The notes under the pieces are model-generated. The model saw only the letters and a list, made by a program, of their open reading frames with translations, did not search any database and was not told the DNA's origin. Position numbers and translations under genes: made by a program. This document shows positions 24,576 through 35,814 of a DNA stretch of 64,000 bases, in pieces. Position 1 is the first letter of the stretch. Each line of letters opens with the position of its first letter. Source of the stretch: Octopus sinensis (taxonomy: Eukaryota); assembly GCF_006345805.1 (NCBI RefSeq), contig NC_043002.1, positions 110,484,001 to 110,548,000 of the forward strand. Direction: 5' to 3'.

Positions 24576-26583
24576 GTTGGTTGGTTGGCATCCTTTCTGT
24601 CTCGGGAGACAATGGAGTTGCACATCAAATAGTCTAGTCCGGATTTTATATTTCATGTCCTGATACATTTCCTGCTGTGGCTGTGTAGTCCTATCCTGGA
24701 CAAACACTCCCTCTGGCAGGTACCGCAAATGTAGCGAAGACTGTTCCTGGCTGGTTGTAATGCCATAGTCTCTTGTTGACGTCTTTTCTTGTCTTTCCAT
24801 TTCTCCTCTCTCTCTCTCTGTCACTCCTTTGTATTCCCTCTTTTACGGTACGTCGCCATTCTCCACGGTTGCCGGCAACTGCCTCCCAACCGCTAATATT
24901 GATGTTGCAGGCCTTCATGTCCCTTTTGCAAACATCCTTGTAACGTAAGATCGGTCTACCCACAGACCTAGTACCCCTAGCAAGCTCTCAGTAGAGTATG
25001 TCCTTGGGGATTCTGTAATCTTCCATACGGCTAACATGCCCAAGCCATCTCATACGTCTTTGTGTGAGGCGTGCAAACATGCTTGGTATTCTTTGATTTT
25101 TCGGAGGCAGCGCAGGTGAAAGATGTTTAGGCGACGCTCTTGGCGTGTGTATAGCGTCCAGGTCTTACTTCCATACAGTAGAGTGCTGAGTACACATGCC
25201 TGGTAGATCTTCATTTTCGTGGTCTTGGTCAGCTTATTGTTGTCCCAAGCCCGTTTGGAGAGTTGGGCCATCGCAGCAGCTGTCTTGCCAATGCGTATAT
25301 TGAGCTCAGCGTCAAGGGATAGGTTGTAGGTGACGGTAGAGCCCAGATAGGTAAACTTCTCCACCTCTTGTAATCTGTGGTCTCCAATATGTATGTTTGG
25401 GATGTCCGATGTAGCCTGGCCCATGATGTTGGTCTTCTTAAGGCTGATAGCTAAGCCAAAGTCATTACATGCTTGCTCAAAACAGTTAATGAGCCTTTGG
25501 AGGGCTTCTTCTGTGTGTGTTACCAGAGCGGCATCATCAGCAAATAACATCTCTTTGATCAGGACGTTTCTGATTTTGGTCTTGGTATGCAGGTGCAAGA
25601 GATTGAACAGTTTCTCGTTACTTCTTACTGTGCAGAAACACTCCATCATCTGATGTCTGAAAGGCATGTGAAAGTAAGAGTGAGAAGAAGATGCCAAACA
25701 ATGTAGGAGCGAGGACACAACCTTGCTTTACCCCGTTTTTTTATTTGGAAGGCGGCTGATGTTGAACCGTTGTGCTGTATGGTACCTTGCATGTCATCAT
25801 GGAAAGACTTGATGATCCTTAGCAGCTTTGGTGGACATCCGATTTTTTGGAGCAGGATGAAGAGGCCTGTTCTGCTTACTGAGTCAAAAGCCTTTGTTAG
25901 ATCAATGAAGGCCATATATAATGGCATTTTCTGCTCTCTGGACTTCTCCTGAAGTTGGCATATGGAGAATATCATATCGATAGTTGATCTGCTTCTTCGG
26001 ATAGATTCGAGAAGCAAGAAGTTGTAGCCTGGCCAGGATAACGCGGGCAAAGGTCTTTCCAACAGTGTTTAGAAGGGATATACCACGGTAATAGTTACAA
26101 TCACCACGGTCACCTTTGTTTTTGTAAAGCGTAATGATGTTAGCATCCCGCATATCCTGAGGGACTGTACCCTCTTCCCAGCACTGACACAGAAGCTCAT
26201 GAAGGTGCCGAAGCAGGATGGTGTTTTTGCTGGCTTTGATGATCTCTGAGGGGATGCCGTCTTTTCCCAGAGCCTTATTTCTTGCTAGGGAGTCAACAGC
26301 CTTGGTGAGCTCTGCTATAGATGGCGGACTCTCAAGTTCGCACATGACTGGCAAGATCTTGACACTCTCGACTGCAGCCTCAGCCACTGTAGTCTCCCGT
26401 GAGTAGAGATCCTGGTAGTGCTCCACCCATCTATCCATTTGCTTGCTTTGATCCCTGAGGAGATCTCCAGTAGTTGATTTCAGAGGGGCTGACTTGGTTG
26501 CGGATGGACCGAGGGCCTTCTTCAAACCGGCATACATCCCACGGGTGTCGCCCCTGTCAGCAGCTGACTGGATACTCTGATAC
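24576..26583 (-). mobile_element. 5'-truncated RTE (BovB-like) LINE with frameshifted RT and 10-bp TSD
   Basis: RT motifs YRGISLL, FIDLTKAFDSV, LFADDAAL, FTYLGS; (CCAA)n tail; TSD AAAGGATATA at 24566-24575 and 26584-26593. Confidence 0.92.
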
Positions 26584-26699
26584 AAAGGATATAAGGTTAA
26601 AATAATACCATTTATAATGACTTGAGACGAAATGGTCTCAAAGAGGAAAAAGATGAACTGTACACTTGGTGCAGTGTAGTTAACAGGGACAGTGCCTAA

Positions 26700-27518
26700 G
26701 ATGGGAGGAATATATGGTTAGTCACAAAATCACATGGAAAAAACTTTGGGCTTGGGAACATCCTTACTGAACAAGTCCACCTTCGATGTTTTACCATCAC
26801 TGGCCCACTTAGTCCGGTGGAACATACAAACGGCTGATGAATGTAAATGCAGAGAGAAAGCAATGATGAGACATGTCCTGTCAAACTGCAGGCTGGCACT
26901 AGACAGATATACATGGTGTCACAACCAAGTCCTCGGTGTTATAAGCACAGCACACAAAGAGAAGATCAAGGAGTAGAATAGAGGAGAGTACCTGAAAATG
27001 GAAAAGCATGGAAGGATATACTTCCAGAAGGAGGGAGAAGGACATAAGACTAGGTCCAGAAAAGTATACAAGACAGACGAAAGATGGAAAGGATACTGGG
27101 AGCTTGCCGTAGGTCTAGAAAGACAAGTAACATTCCTGCTTATAATAACAACAAAAAGACCAGACTTAATTCTTTGGAATACAGAATGGAAAATTGAAAT
27201 ATTGATAGAGCTGACAGTGCCATGGGAAGAGAACATTGCTAATACAGAGTGATGGAAGGAGAGGAGGTATGAGAGATTAATAGAAGAATGCAAGGAACAA
27301 GTGGGGATGAGAGGCTTCTTTGAAAGGAAAATAGCAATGCTATTTAAAAGAAGATTTGGATTTTCAAGCCCTGAGCTGAGAAAACTAATAAGGAGGATAC
27401 AGGAGGCAGTTGAAAAGGCCAGCTTCCATATATGGCTGAAACAAGAAGACTCAAAATGGCTCAAAAGCCATAATGTGCCAACTGAGAAATAGCATCACCA
27501 GGTGAGGCTGACTGACAC
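26700..27518 (+). pseudogene. Hero/NeSL-like RLE LINE 3' end (CCHC-like knuckle + RLE)
   Basis: CKCREKAMMRHVLSNCRLALDRYTWCHNQVL and KRPDLILWNTEWKIEILIELTVPWEENI motifs. Confidence 0.8.
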
Positions 27519-27522
27519 TTAA

Positions 27523-27740
27523 CCCATTAGCATTTAAACCGGCCATATCCGGCCAAAAGTATTCTGCTTGTTTTATGTTCAAACTGGCCAGATCTGGTCT
27601 CTCACACCAACCCTACAATATCATCTTTAAAATTAATAGCTACCTCATCAAAATCTAACTACAAGATAATGAATGATTAGTTCAAAACAATGTAGATGAA
27701 AAAGCATTAATTTTGGCAGAATAATGTGAACGCTAAAGGG
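27523..27740. mobile_element. piggyBac-like MITE (218 bp)
   Basis: TTAA on both sides; TIRs CCCATTAGC / GCTAAAGGG. Confidence 0.8.
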
Positions 27741-27999
27741 TTAAACAGCATTGCTACTTGACAGGTCACCCATGGAAATTATCTCATTCATTACATGCCC
27801 CACTCCCCGATGGGTGAAAGGTTTGACAGTTAGTTGGCTTTGACTGATGGAGCTGAAATTCAAACAACTCTGTTGGAAGGTAGGCCTAGAGAGAGCAGGG
27901 GCCAAAATTATGCATTCTTCCCCTCAATTGGTCAGTTGAAGCTTAAGTTGTGTCACAAGTCAGTTAACTAGCAATAGTGAATGGAGCCTGCTGGCAGAA

Positions 28000-28140
28000 C
28001 TGCATTACCTGTGGATATCCTTGTTGCTTATTTTGATTTTAATCACCTTTCTTTGAAGTTGTATGGATAATACCATACTAAATTCTGGCACATCAACTTA
28101 AGTACCATATTCATCTGAATCTAAATTTTTACTAAACTCA
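28000..28140 (+). repeat. 5'-truncated copy of the 35.8/39.0-kb hammerhead-bearing repeat
   Basis: CTGCATTACC...TCATCTGAATC is homologous to 39070-39205. Confidence 0.8.
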
Positions 28141-28173
28141 TCTACCATACCCAATATATATATACACACACAC

Positions 28174-28545
28174 ATCATCATCATCATCATCATCATCGTT
28201 TAGCGTCCGCTTTCCATGCTAGCATGGGTTGGACGGTTCAACTGGGATCTGGGAAGCCAGAAGGCTGCACCAGGCCCAGTTTGATCTGGCAATGTTTCTA
28301 CGGCTTGATGCTCTTCCTAACGCCAATCACTCCATGAGTGTAGTGGGTGCTTTTTACGTGCCACTGACACAGGTGCCAGACTAGTCTGGCAAACGGCCAC
28401 GATCGGATAGTGCTTTTTATGTGCCACCGGCACGGGGGCCAGGCGAGGCTGGCAACGGCCACGAACGGATGGTGCTTTTTACGTGCCACCGGCACGAGGC
28501 CAGTCGGGGCGGCGCTGGCAACGGCCACGAACGGATGGTGCTTTT
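28174..28545 (-). mobile_element. Family A repeat
   Basis: (CAT)n followed by the reverse complement of family A with 3 units. Confidence 0.9.
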
Positions 28546-29053
28546 GTGAATGATATGAATGTAGGTATGTGCTATCATAAATGTTCTTGTTTGGTTGTCA
28601 GTAGGTCAGTTGTTAATAATTTTCTCTACACAAGTTGACAACTATTAGCCTAGCCTCACTTCACCTCTCCTCCCTATTGTTTTCTCTCTGTCTTCCTCTT
28701 ATCCTTTATATATGGCCATCTAAGAAATAATTTCATGTAGCATTGTCTATGAATTGTTTCATGACCCATAGACATTTGGAATCTGGCAAAACATTGGTAT
28801 GTTTTCATTTTCTTATTTGTTGCCAAAATGAGAGAATCACTCCACATTCCACTTCTTGGTATTTTTTTCTATGAACCAAATTTTAAATTTCATTTCACCT
28901 GAAGAAAACGTTTGTTACGTGATGTAATTAATTGAATTATTCATCAATAAAAAACATGTTTGAAACTGCTGTAGTGAACTTTAAGCCATCTGTATTCTTT
29001 CTTCACACACACACGCGTGCATGCACACATACACACACGCACAATTTAAAATG

Positions 29054-29057
<4 letters not shown>

Positions 29058-29087
<30 letters not shown>

Positions 29088-29390
29088 GTTTAGCATCCGC
29101 TTTCTATGCTAGCATGGGTTGGACGGTTCAACTGGGGTCCGGGAAGCCAGAAGGCTGCACCAAGCCCAGTTTGATCTGGCAGTGTTTCTACGGCTGGATG
29201 CCCTTCCTAACGCCAACCACTCCATGAGTGTAGTGGGTGCTTTTTACGTGCCAACAGCACAGGTGCCAGACGAGTCTGGCAAATGGCCACGATCGGATGG
29301 TGCTTTTTATGTGCCACCGGCACGGGGGCCAGGCGAGGCTGGCAAACGGCCACGAACGGATGGTGCTTTTTACGTGCCACCGGCACGAAA
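29058..29390 (-). mobile_element. Family A repeat
   Basis: Same architecture as 28174-28545, with 2-3 units. Confidence 0.9.
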
Positions 29391-29859
29391 AAGCAAAATA
29401 TTTGGTACCACTCAAAAAACATGTAATTTAAATAGAGAATAGAGATATAGTGCAGAATAGTTGAGATCTTTAAAAAAATGAAGTCTTTTACAGCTGTTTC
29501 TAGATTAGCCAAACATGTGGATCATTATATTGATTAAGGATTCCAAGTAAGCTAAGTATTCCATCATTGGAGAGAGAAAAGTGAAAATATATAGAAATGA
29601 TTATATCCTCAAACAGGATACTAGTACTTTCCAGTTTGCAGAGAAAGGAAGGAAAGGCCAGAAGGAAAGTGGATGCTTTTGGTAGTTCCGCTATCAAAGA
29701 ATTGACAAAGTTATAGGTAAAAGATAAAATCCATTAACAGTTCCATATGTGAAGAATTGATGATAATCCATGGCAAAGGATAATGGAAGTTACTAGTTCG
29801 ATTTTTGAAGAGAGAATGAATTAGGATTGAGTTGGAATAATACATTACAGCATCAAGGT

Positions 29860-29892
<33 letters not shown>

Positions 29893-30006
29893 ATTTCACT
29901 GGTAGTTCTAATCAATTTAATTTTCTAATAATATAATTTTACAGCGTGGTTTTTAGATCTAGTAAGTTCTTTGTTAACTTCAGTGAAGAGATTTTTTAAA
30001 GATTCC

Positions 30007-30388
30007 TTACTCTTTTACTCTTTTACTCTTTTACTTGTTTCAGTCATTTGACTGCGGCTATGCTGGAGCACCATCTTTAGTCGAGCAAATCGACCCCGGG
30101 ACTTATTCTTTGTAAGTCCAGTACTTATTCTATTGGTCTCTTTGCTGAACCGCTAAGTGACGGGGACGTAAACACACCAGCATCGGTTGTCAAGCAATGC
30201 TAGGGGGACAAACACAGACACACAAACATACACTCACACATATATATATACATATATACGACGGGCTTCTTTCAGTTTCCGTCTACTAAATCCACTCACA
30301 AGGCTTTGGTCGGCCCGAGGCTATAGTAGAAGACACTTGCCCAAGATGCCACGCAGTGGGACTGAACCCGGAACCATGTGGTTGGTAA
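30007..30388 (-). mobile_element. SINE family B copy (5'-truncated head)
   Basis: Reverse complement of family B. Confidence 0.88.
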
Positions 30389-31013
30389 CTTTTCTGGAGA
30401 ACTTTCTCACATACATCAGTTGTGATTGTCAAACCAATCTCAGGTTGTGTTTTGCTGTGTGATTCTATATATATATATAAGAGATTTATATCTGGGGTGG
30501 GGCTGGGGTTTATTAATGAGTGTGGGAGAGGAATGTTGATGAACAAGAACCAAAAGAAAATTGTGAATGGTAAAAACAAGGTAACTGATTGAGGGTGGAG
30601 TTGGGAGGTGGTGTGGTGTTTAAGGAGAGTTTTATGAGGGGCTTGTGAAGGTGTCCTCCAGCTGGGTCCTTTTGAATAGTTAACCTTGAGTAAAAAATAT
30701 GATGGTCAGATGTTTTTCAAATTCTCTGAAACAACTATCTTAATTTCATAAAGAGAAGCTTTAGTAATTTTCTGTTAAAGATGAGTTTAGGTGTGTGTGT
30801 GTGGGGGGGGGGGGTTAATGAGGTGTAAGATAAAAAAGGGGATGATAGCAGAGAAAAAAAGGGGATGATAGCAGAGAAAAAAATATAAAGTTAGTTTTGG
30901 AATGTTTGTTGATAGAAATGTATTTTTTAAAACAGGTTTGGGATGGGAGGTGGGGGGCGGGAGATCATACTAGTTCACATATTTACTTCCCTATATATAA
31001 ACAAACAAGAAGT

Positions 31014-31046
<33 letters not shown>

Positions 31047-32193
31047 ACATGGAAAAATGCGTCATATTCTTAAGATTGTAAACGTGGAAAAGTACAAAAC
31101 AAGTTATTACACCTGTAAAAGTATAAAACAAGCTATTACTTCTAGTAAAGTAAAGAATAATAAATTTTTTTCTTAAAATATTGCAGCTAAAATTAAAATT
31201 TGAATATTAAAACTTATTTTACTATAGTTTACAAATAACACTGTACTTATTTAAGTAGAATTTGGCTAATTTACTACCTTAAATACAGAAAAAAGTGACT
31301 AATTAGACAAACTTACAAATTAGCTGAACAGTTATGTACAATAAATTTAAAGAATGAGAACTGTAAAGAGTGATAAATTAGAAGAACTGGCATTCTTTGC
31401 TGCAATATTTTAAGTAAAATGATTTTTCCAGGCATTGCTGTTATAAGATAATTAATAATGTGTCAATTAATAATTTAAGATTTTACCTTATAAAATACTG
31501 AAAGATAATATTTCAATTTTTCTATGTAAGTGATGATAATATTTCAATTTTTTTCGTATTTAATTTAAATATATGTTGTGATTGAATTATTTGATTTTAC
31601 CCATTCACACCAAATTAATTGGCAGAGATTTTTACCATGTTGTTGGTTGCATCATGGCTCACCAAAAGTTACAAACAACAAGACCCTGAAACCACCAGGC
31701 TCACTGTAAGTAACCTAATTTTGCAATATTAGGCAGTCACAGGTTCCAATGGTTCCAGGATTGTGATGGGGGGAACCCACCTCATTTTTAGAGAACTAAA
31801 ATAAGAGATATTAAGAGGTCAGGGTACTTGAGTCCATGCAAAAAATCAAATTTTTTTTTCTTAGTGAAAATCATGCGGGTGTTAATATAGAAATTGACCA
31901 TAATGTTGTTCTTTAGCCTCAAATACTGCAAACGTATCATCAAAGACATTCCAGTCATCAGCAAACTGTCTTTTTAGGGATACTTTGGCTGCTATTTTCA
32001 GTGTGTCAAGTGACCAGGTAGAGGCTCTTTCATTGGTTTGATTGTGTGATGAGATTTTATACACATATATGTGATATGTATATATATCATTGGCAGAAGT
32101 TAGAGAGTAAGTCAAAAGTAGAGAGTTTCATGTATTGGCACTCATCAAACATGAATTTGTCCATTGTCACTCTGTAACTCCTGACGGAATAAC

Positions 32194-32696
32194 TTCTAAA
32201 ATACAAAATTTTGTCAAAAATGTTAAGAATAAACCCTGTTCTATGTGACACATTCTACCAGTATAAGAACTTTGAAAGTGTTTAGTTAAAATAAATTAAT
32301 TAAATAATCTGTATGTCTAGTTGAATAGATCCGAAATGGATGAGAGGTAAAGTCGACTTCAGCAGAATTTGAACTCAGAACGCAAAGACAGACGAAATAA
32401 CACTTCTAAATTTCAAAATTTTGTAAAAAAACAAAGAATAAACCCTGTTCTATGTGACATATTCTACCAGTATTGGAAGTTTGAAAGTGTTTAGTTAAAA
32501 AAAATGAATTAAACACTCTATATGTTAAAGTCTACCTTGGCAAAATTTGAACTCAAAAATGTAAAGACAGAGGAAATACCTATTTCTTTACTACCCACAA
32601 GGGGCTAAACACAGAGAGGACAAACAAGGACAGACAAACGGATTAAGTCGATTACATCGACCCCAGTGCGTAACTGGTACTTAATTTATCGACCCC
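32194..32696 (-). repeat. Two ~200-bp tandem units each ending in a CORE-SINE fragment, then a CORE-SINE body
   Basis: TTCTAAA...AGAATAAACCCTGTTCTATGTGACA..TTCTACCAGTAT...TTTGAAAGTGTTTAGTTAAAA occurs at 32194 and 32403. Confidence 0.8.
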
Positions 32697-33200
32697 TTGA
32701 ATTCTACAAGATATGGACTCATACAAAGTTTGAATTGTTTCCAAAGGAATTTTTGTCCATTCTTCAGCTGAAACTATCTCCAGTTCTTGTAGTGTTGATG
32801 GTGGAGGATATTGACTCCTTACTTGTTTTTCTAAAATGCACCATAAATGTTCAATAATATTGAGATCTGGGGACTGTGGTGGCCAGATAAGATGTTCAAC
32901 ATCACTAGAATGTTTCTCGTGCCATTCAGTAACAACTTTAGCTGTCTGAATTGGGGCATTATCATCTTGTAAGATTGCGTTTCCCTCCAGAAACAATTCC
33001 ACAACTATAGGATGAATTTGATCAGATAAAATGCTTAAATAGTCTTGACTTTTAATTCTGCAATGAAGGAAAACCACTGGGCTTGTGGATATCCAAGATA
33101 TAGTCCCCCCCCACAAGATCATCACAGATCCCCCTCTATGTTTAACAGTTGGAAGAATGTAGTCTGGGTCAAATACTTCTTTTGGCTTCTTATTAGTGAA
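32697..33200 (-). pseudogene. Tc1 transposase catalytic fragment (same family as 12125-13392)
   Basis: PTVKHRGGSVM...QDDNAPIQ...WPPQSPDLNIIEHLW; collinear with the 12-kb copy. Confidence 0.9.
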
Positions 33201-34565
33201 TGATCTGTGTCTCAATCCACACTGTGGTAACTACGGGTCAGTTGAACAGAATTCAGAAAGGATCTTTGTGTAATGATGAGATCCAGCTGATGCCAGTGGT
33301 GAGATCTTGGATGTCTCCAAGATGCCTTGTGGGATGTCTTGTTGGCAAAGAATGTGTTGGTGATGCACAGGTTATGGTATGTGCAAAATTCAAGTCGTCT
33401 CTGACCATTGTCATTCATGTTGCCAATACCAAAATGTCCAACACAAATGGGCCACGAATCATGGTCAGATCTCACGTGAGCGTTAAAATCTCCTAGAAGG
33501 TAGATGTTTTCATTGGTTGGTATATTTCTAATGACACAGTTGAGATCTTTGTAGAACTGGTCCTTAGTCTCCTCTGAGCTGTAGAGAGTGGGAGCTTAGT
33601 AGATGTACTGAACCAGAAGAAGTCAAGAGGTGCAGTGAGAGGATACGATCAGTGCCTCCTGATGGTGGTTCTATTGAGGAGAGTAATGAGTTTCTCACTG
33701 CAAAGCCAACACCATGCTGACGAGGTTCTTCTGGATTGCTTCCCTGCCAACAGTAGGTGAAATCCTGTTCTTTGAGTTTGCCGTTTGAGGGTAGTCTTGT
33801 CTTCTGCAGTCCAGCAATGTCTATGTTAAGCCTCTTTAGTTCACGGTCAATGATGGCCATCTTTCTTGTGTCTTCAATCCTGAGTAGATCATCAGATGTG
33901 CCAGGGCACATGGTCCTGACATTCCAGTTTGCTAACCGCAGGACTGGTGGTTTCTTGACTTTTAGTTGTTTGCCTGGTGCAGAGGTTGCAGGCCGTTTTT
34001 CAAGTCAAACTCTTAGCTCCAGGCACCCAATGAAGCAGGTGGCCTGTGGTGGGTCAGCACCTTATTAACTGGGGGCTGCCCAGCTTGAGGTGGGCAGTAG
34101 CTAACCAATGGGACATGGGGGTCCATCCCACCATCAGAGGTAACCTGTATAGCACCCATATCTTACACCAATCTGAATGGACTTATCACTCATGACTGCT
34201 ACCTCCCATGTTTTTTTGTCACTTTTTACAGCACACTGAAGTGTCTTCACCAGTTTTGCGCAGGCCTGGGCTAGAAATAAGAAAATCCTGGGTAGCGCAA
34301 TCGTCAGGATTCCTCCCTCAACCTTGCTGATGTAGTCCAAAGGAGTGCAGAGCATTACGTTTGGCACCAACTTGGTTGCAGGAGCTGCCGGAAGAGTGTC
34401 AAGTTGAACACTAAACCACCTTCGGGACTCCACTCCGGATTTCTTTGAAGGTTGTCTCCTTTCCGTAACCCTGGATAGGGGCCCATACCGGGTACTGTCA
34501 GCTGGAGCCAGCTGAGCCTGGGACTCGCGTCAGGCAGGGTCGTCACTCCCTGAAGTACCACTACC
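33200..34565 (-). mobile_element. 5' part of an RTE (BovB-like) LINE: 5' UTR + APE endonuclease
   Basis: NWNVRTMCPG...LNIDIAGLQKTRL...HGVGFAVRN...DNGQRRLEFC...HWHQLDLII; frameshifted. Confidence 0.88.
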
Positions 34566-34832
34566 CACATGTACATATATATATGTATATATACGTATAT
34601 ATAGAAAATATATATACAGTAGGAAAATTAGAGAAATTTTTCTACCGGTGACTAGCATGCATAAAATAGTCAATACACAACATATTTTCCCTATAAAATT
34701 AGTGTTGAGTTATACACAAGAGAAGTGACCCTAAACAGGACACCTTACATACTAAAAGGAACAGTCAAAGCCCAAACTACGGTTAAGAGTAATTTCGAAG
34801 GGGATGAAAAATAAAAACATTTCCAATAGTTA

Positions 34833-34908
34833 CCACTTGTACCTAGATTTTGAACATTAATGAACAAATAAAATAATTTTTTAATTTTTTGTTCTCATCA
34901 GCAAGGGC
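34833..34908 (-). ncRNA. Decayed hammerhead ribozyme motif
   Basis: CTTG CTGATGA GAAC...GTTC AAAA TCTAGG TA CAAG. Stem I CTTG/CAAG, stem II GAAC/GTTC and the GUA triplet are intact; the GAAAC core reads AAAAT. Confidence 0.5.
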
Positions 34909-35153
34909 ACTAAAAATTAGCGTATAATTATGGGACAAATAGACAACACATATCACATCTTTATACATTATAGTTTTTCAAATCCATTATATGAGAAATA
35001 TAGGTATACATGTATATGTGTGTGTATATATATATATATATACACACACACAACTAATGTAGGATAAAATTTTTTTATTTTTATTTTTCTAAAAAAAGAA
35101 TTTTATCAATGGCCAGCATATCAAAAAATACCGTTAAAGGTTAAATTTATAAA

Positions 35154-35322
35154 TAACTTATAAAATAAGGGCAAAAGAAAAATTCTAATGCCAAATATGC
35201 CGAAAAAAAAGACAAATTGTCAATAACCATTATAATTAATTATAATTGTTATTGACAATTTTGTCTTTTTTTTTGGCATATTTGGCATTAGAATTTTTCT
35301 TTTGCCCTTATTTTATAAGTTA
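35154..35322. repeat. ~169-bp near-perfect palindrome (fold-back)
   Basis: TAACTTATAAAATAAGGGCAAAAGAAAAATTCTAATGCCAAATATGCC...TTATAATTAATTATAA...GGCATATTTGGCATTAGAATTTTTCTTTTGCCCTTATTTTATAAGTTA. Confidence 0.92.
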
Positions 35323-35340
35323 TATATATATATACATATA

Positions 35341-35630
35341 TGCAATGGCCTAGTAGTTAGGGCAGCGGACTCGCAGTCACAGGATCGCGGTTTCGATTCC
35401 CAGACCGGGCGTTGAGTGTTTATTGAGCGAAAACACCTAAAAGCTCCACGAGGCTCCGGCAGGGGGTGGTGATCCCTGCTGTACTCTTTCACCACTCTTT
35501 CTCTCACTTTCTTCTGTTGGCCTGCTTGCTTAGCCAGCGGGGTGGCGTCATTCGAAGGCTAAAACAATGCGAACGCATTGTGACCAGTGATGTGTAACAA
35601 CATTCTGGTCTGGTCGGTCACGTGATCACA

Positions 35631-35632
<2 letters not shown>
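35341..35632 (+). mobile_element. tRNA-derived SINE sharing head and body with family D but with a different 3' tail
   Basis: First ~165 bp match the reverse complement of 1560-1725; the sequence then diverges (GGCCTGCTTGCTTAGCCAGCGGGG...CACGTGATCACATG). Confidence 0.8.
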
Positions 35633-35690
<58 letters not shown>

Positions 35691-35728
35691 TAATAATCAA
35701 AATTAGCAACAAGGATATCCAGAGGTAA

Positions 35729-35814
35729 TGCAGTACGATCGTTTCATGCAACTCCATTTAATTTATCAATGTAATCATTACATCAATTTAAATGCAGAGC
35801 AATCCTCAGCTGCA
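35729..35814 (-). ncRNA. Minimal type I hammerhead ribozyme with intact catalytic core
   Basis: TGCAG CTGAGGA [long stem II] GAAA CGATCG TA | CTGCA: 5-bp stem I, CUGAGGA and GAAA cores, palindromic stem III ACGATCGT, GUA triplet. The stem II closing pair is U-U, which is non-canonical. Confidence 0.72.

Noticed and set aside
34440-34565. Possible HDV-like ribozyme at the 5' end of the RTE (TCAGCTGG/CCAGCTGA hairpin)
   Set aside because: I could not assign consistent P1/P2/P3/P1.1 pairings by eye; an RNArobo HDV descriptor search would be needed.
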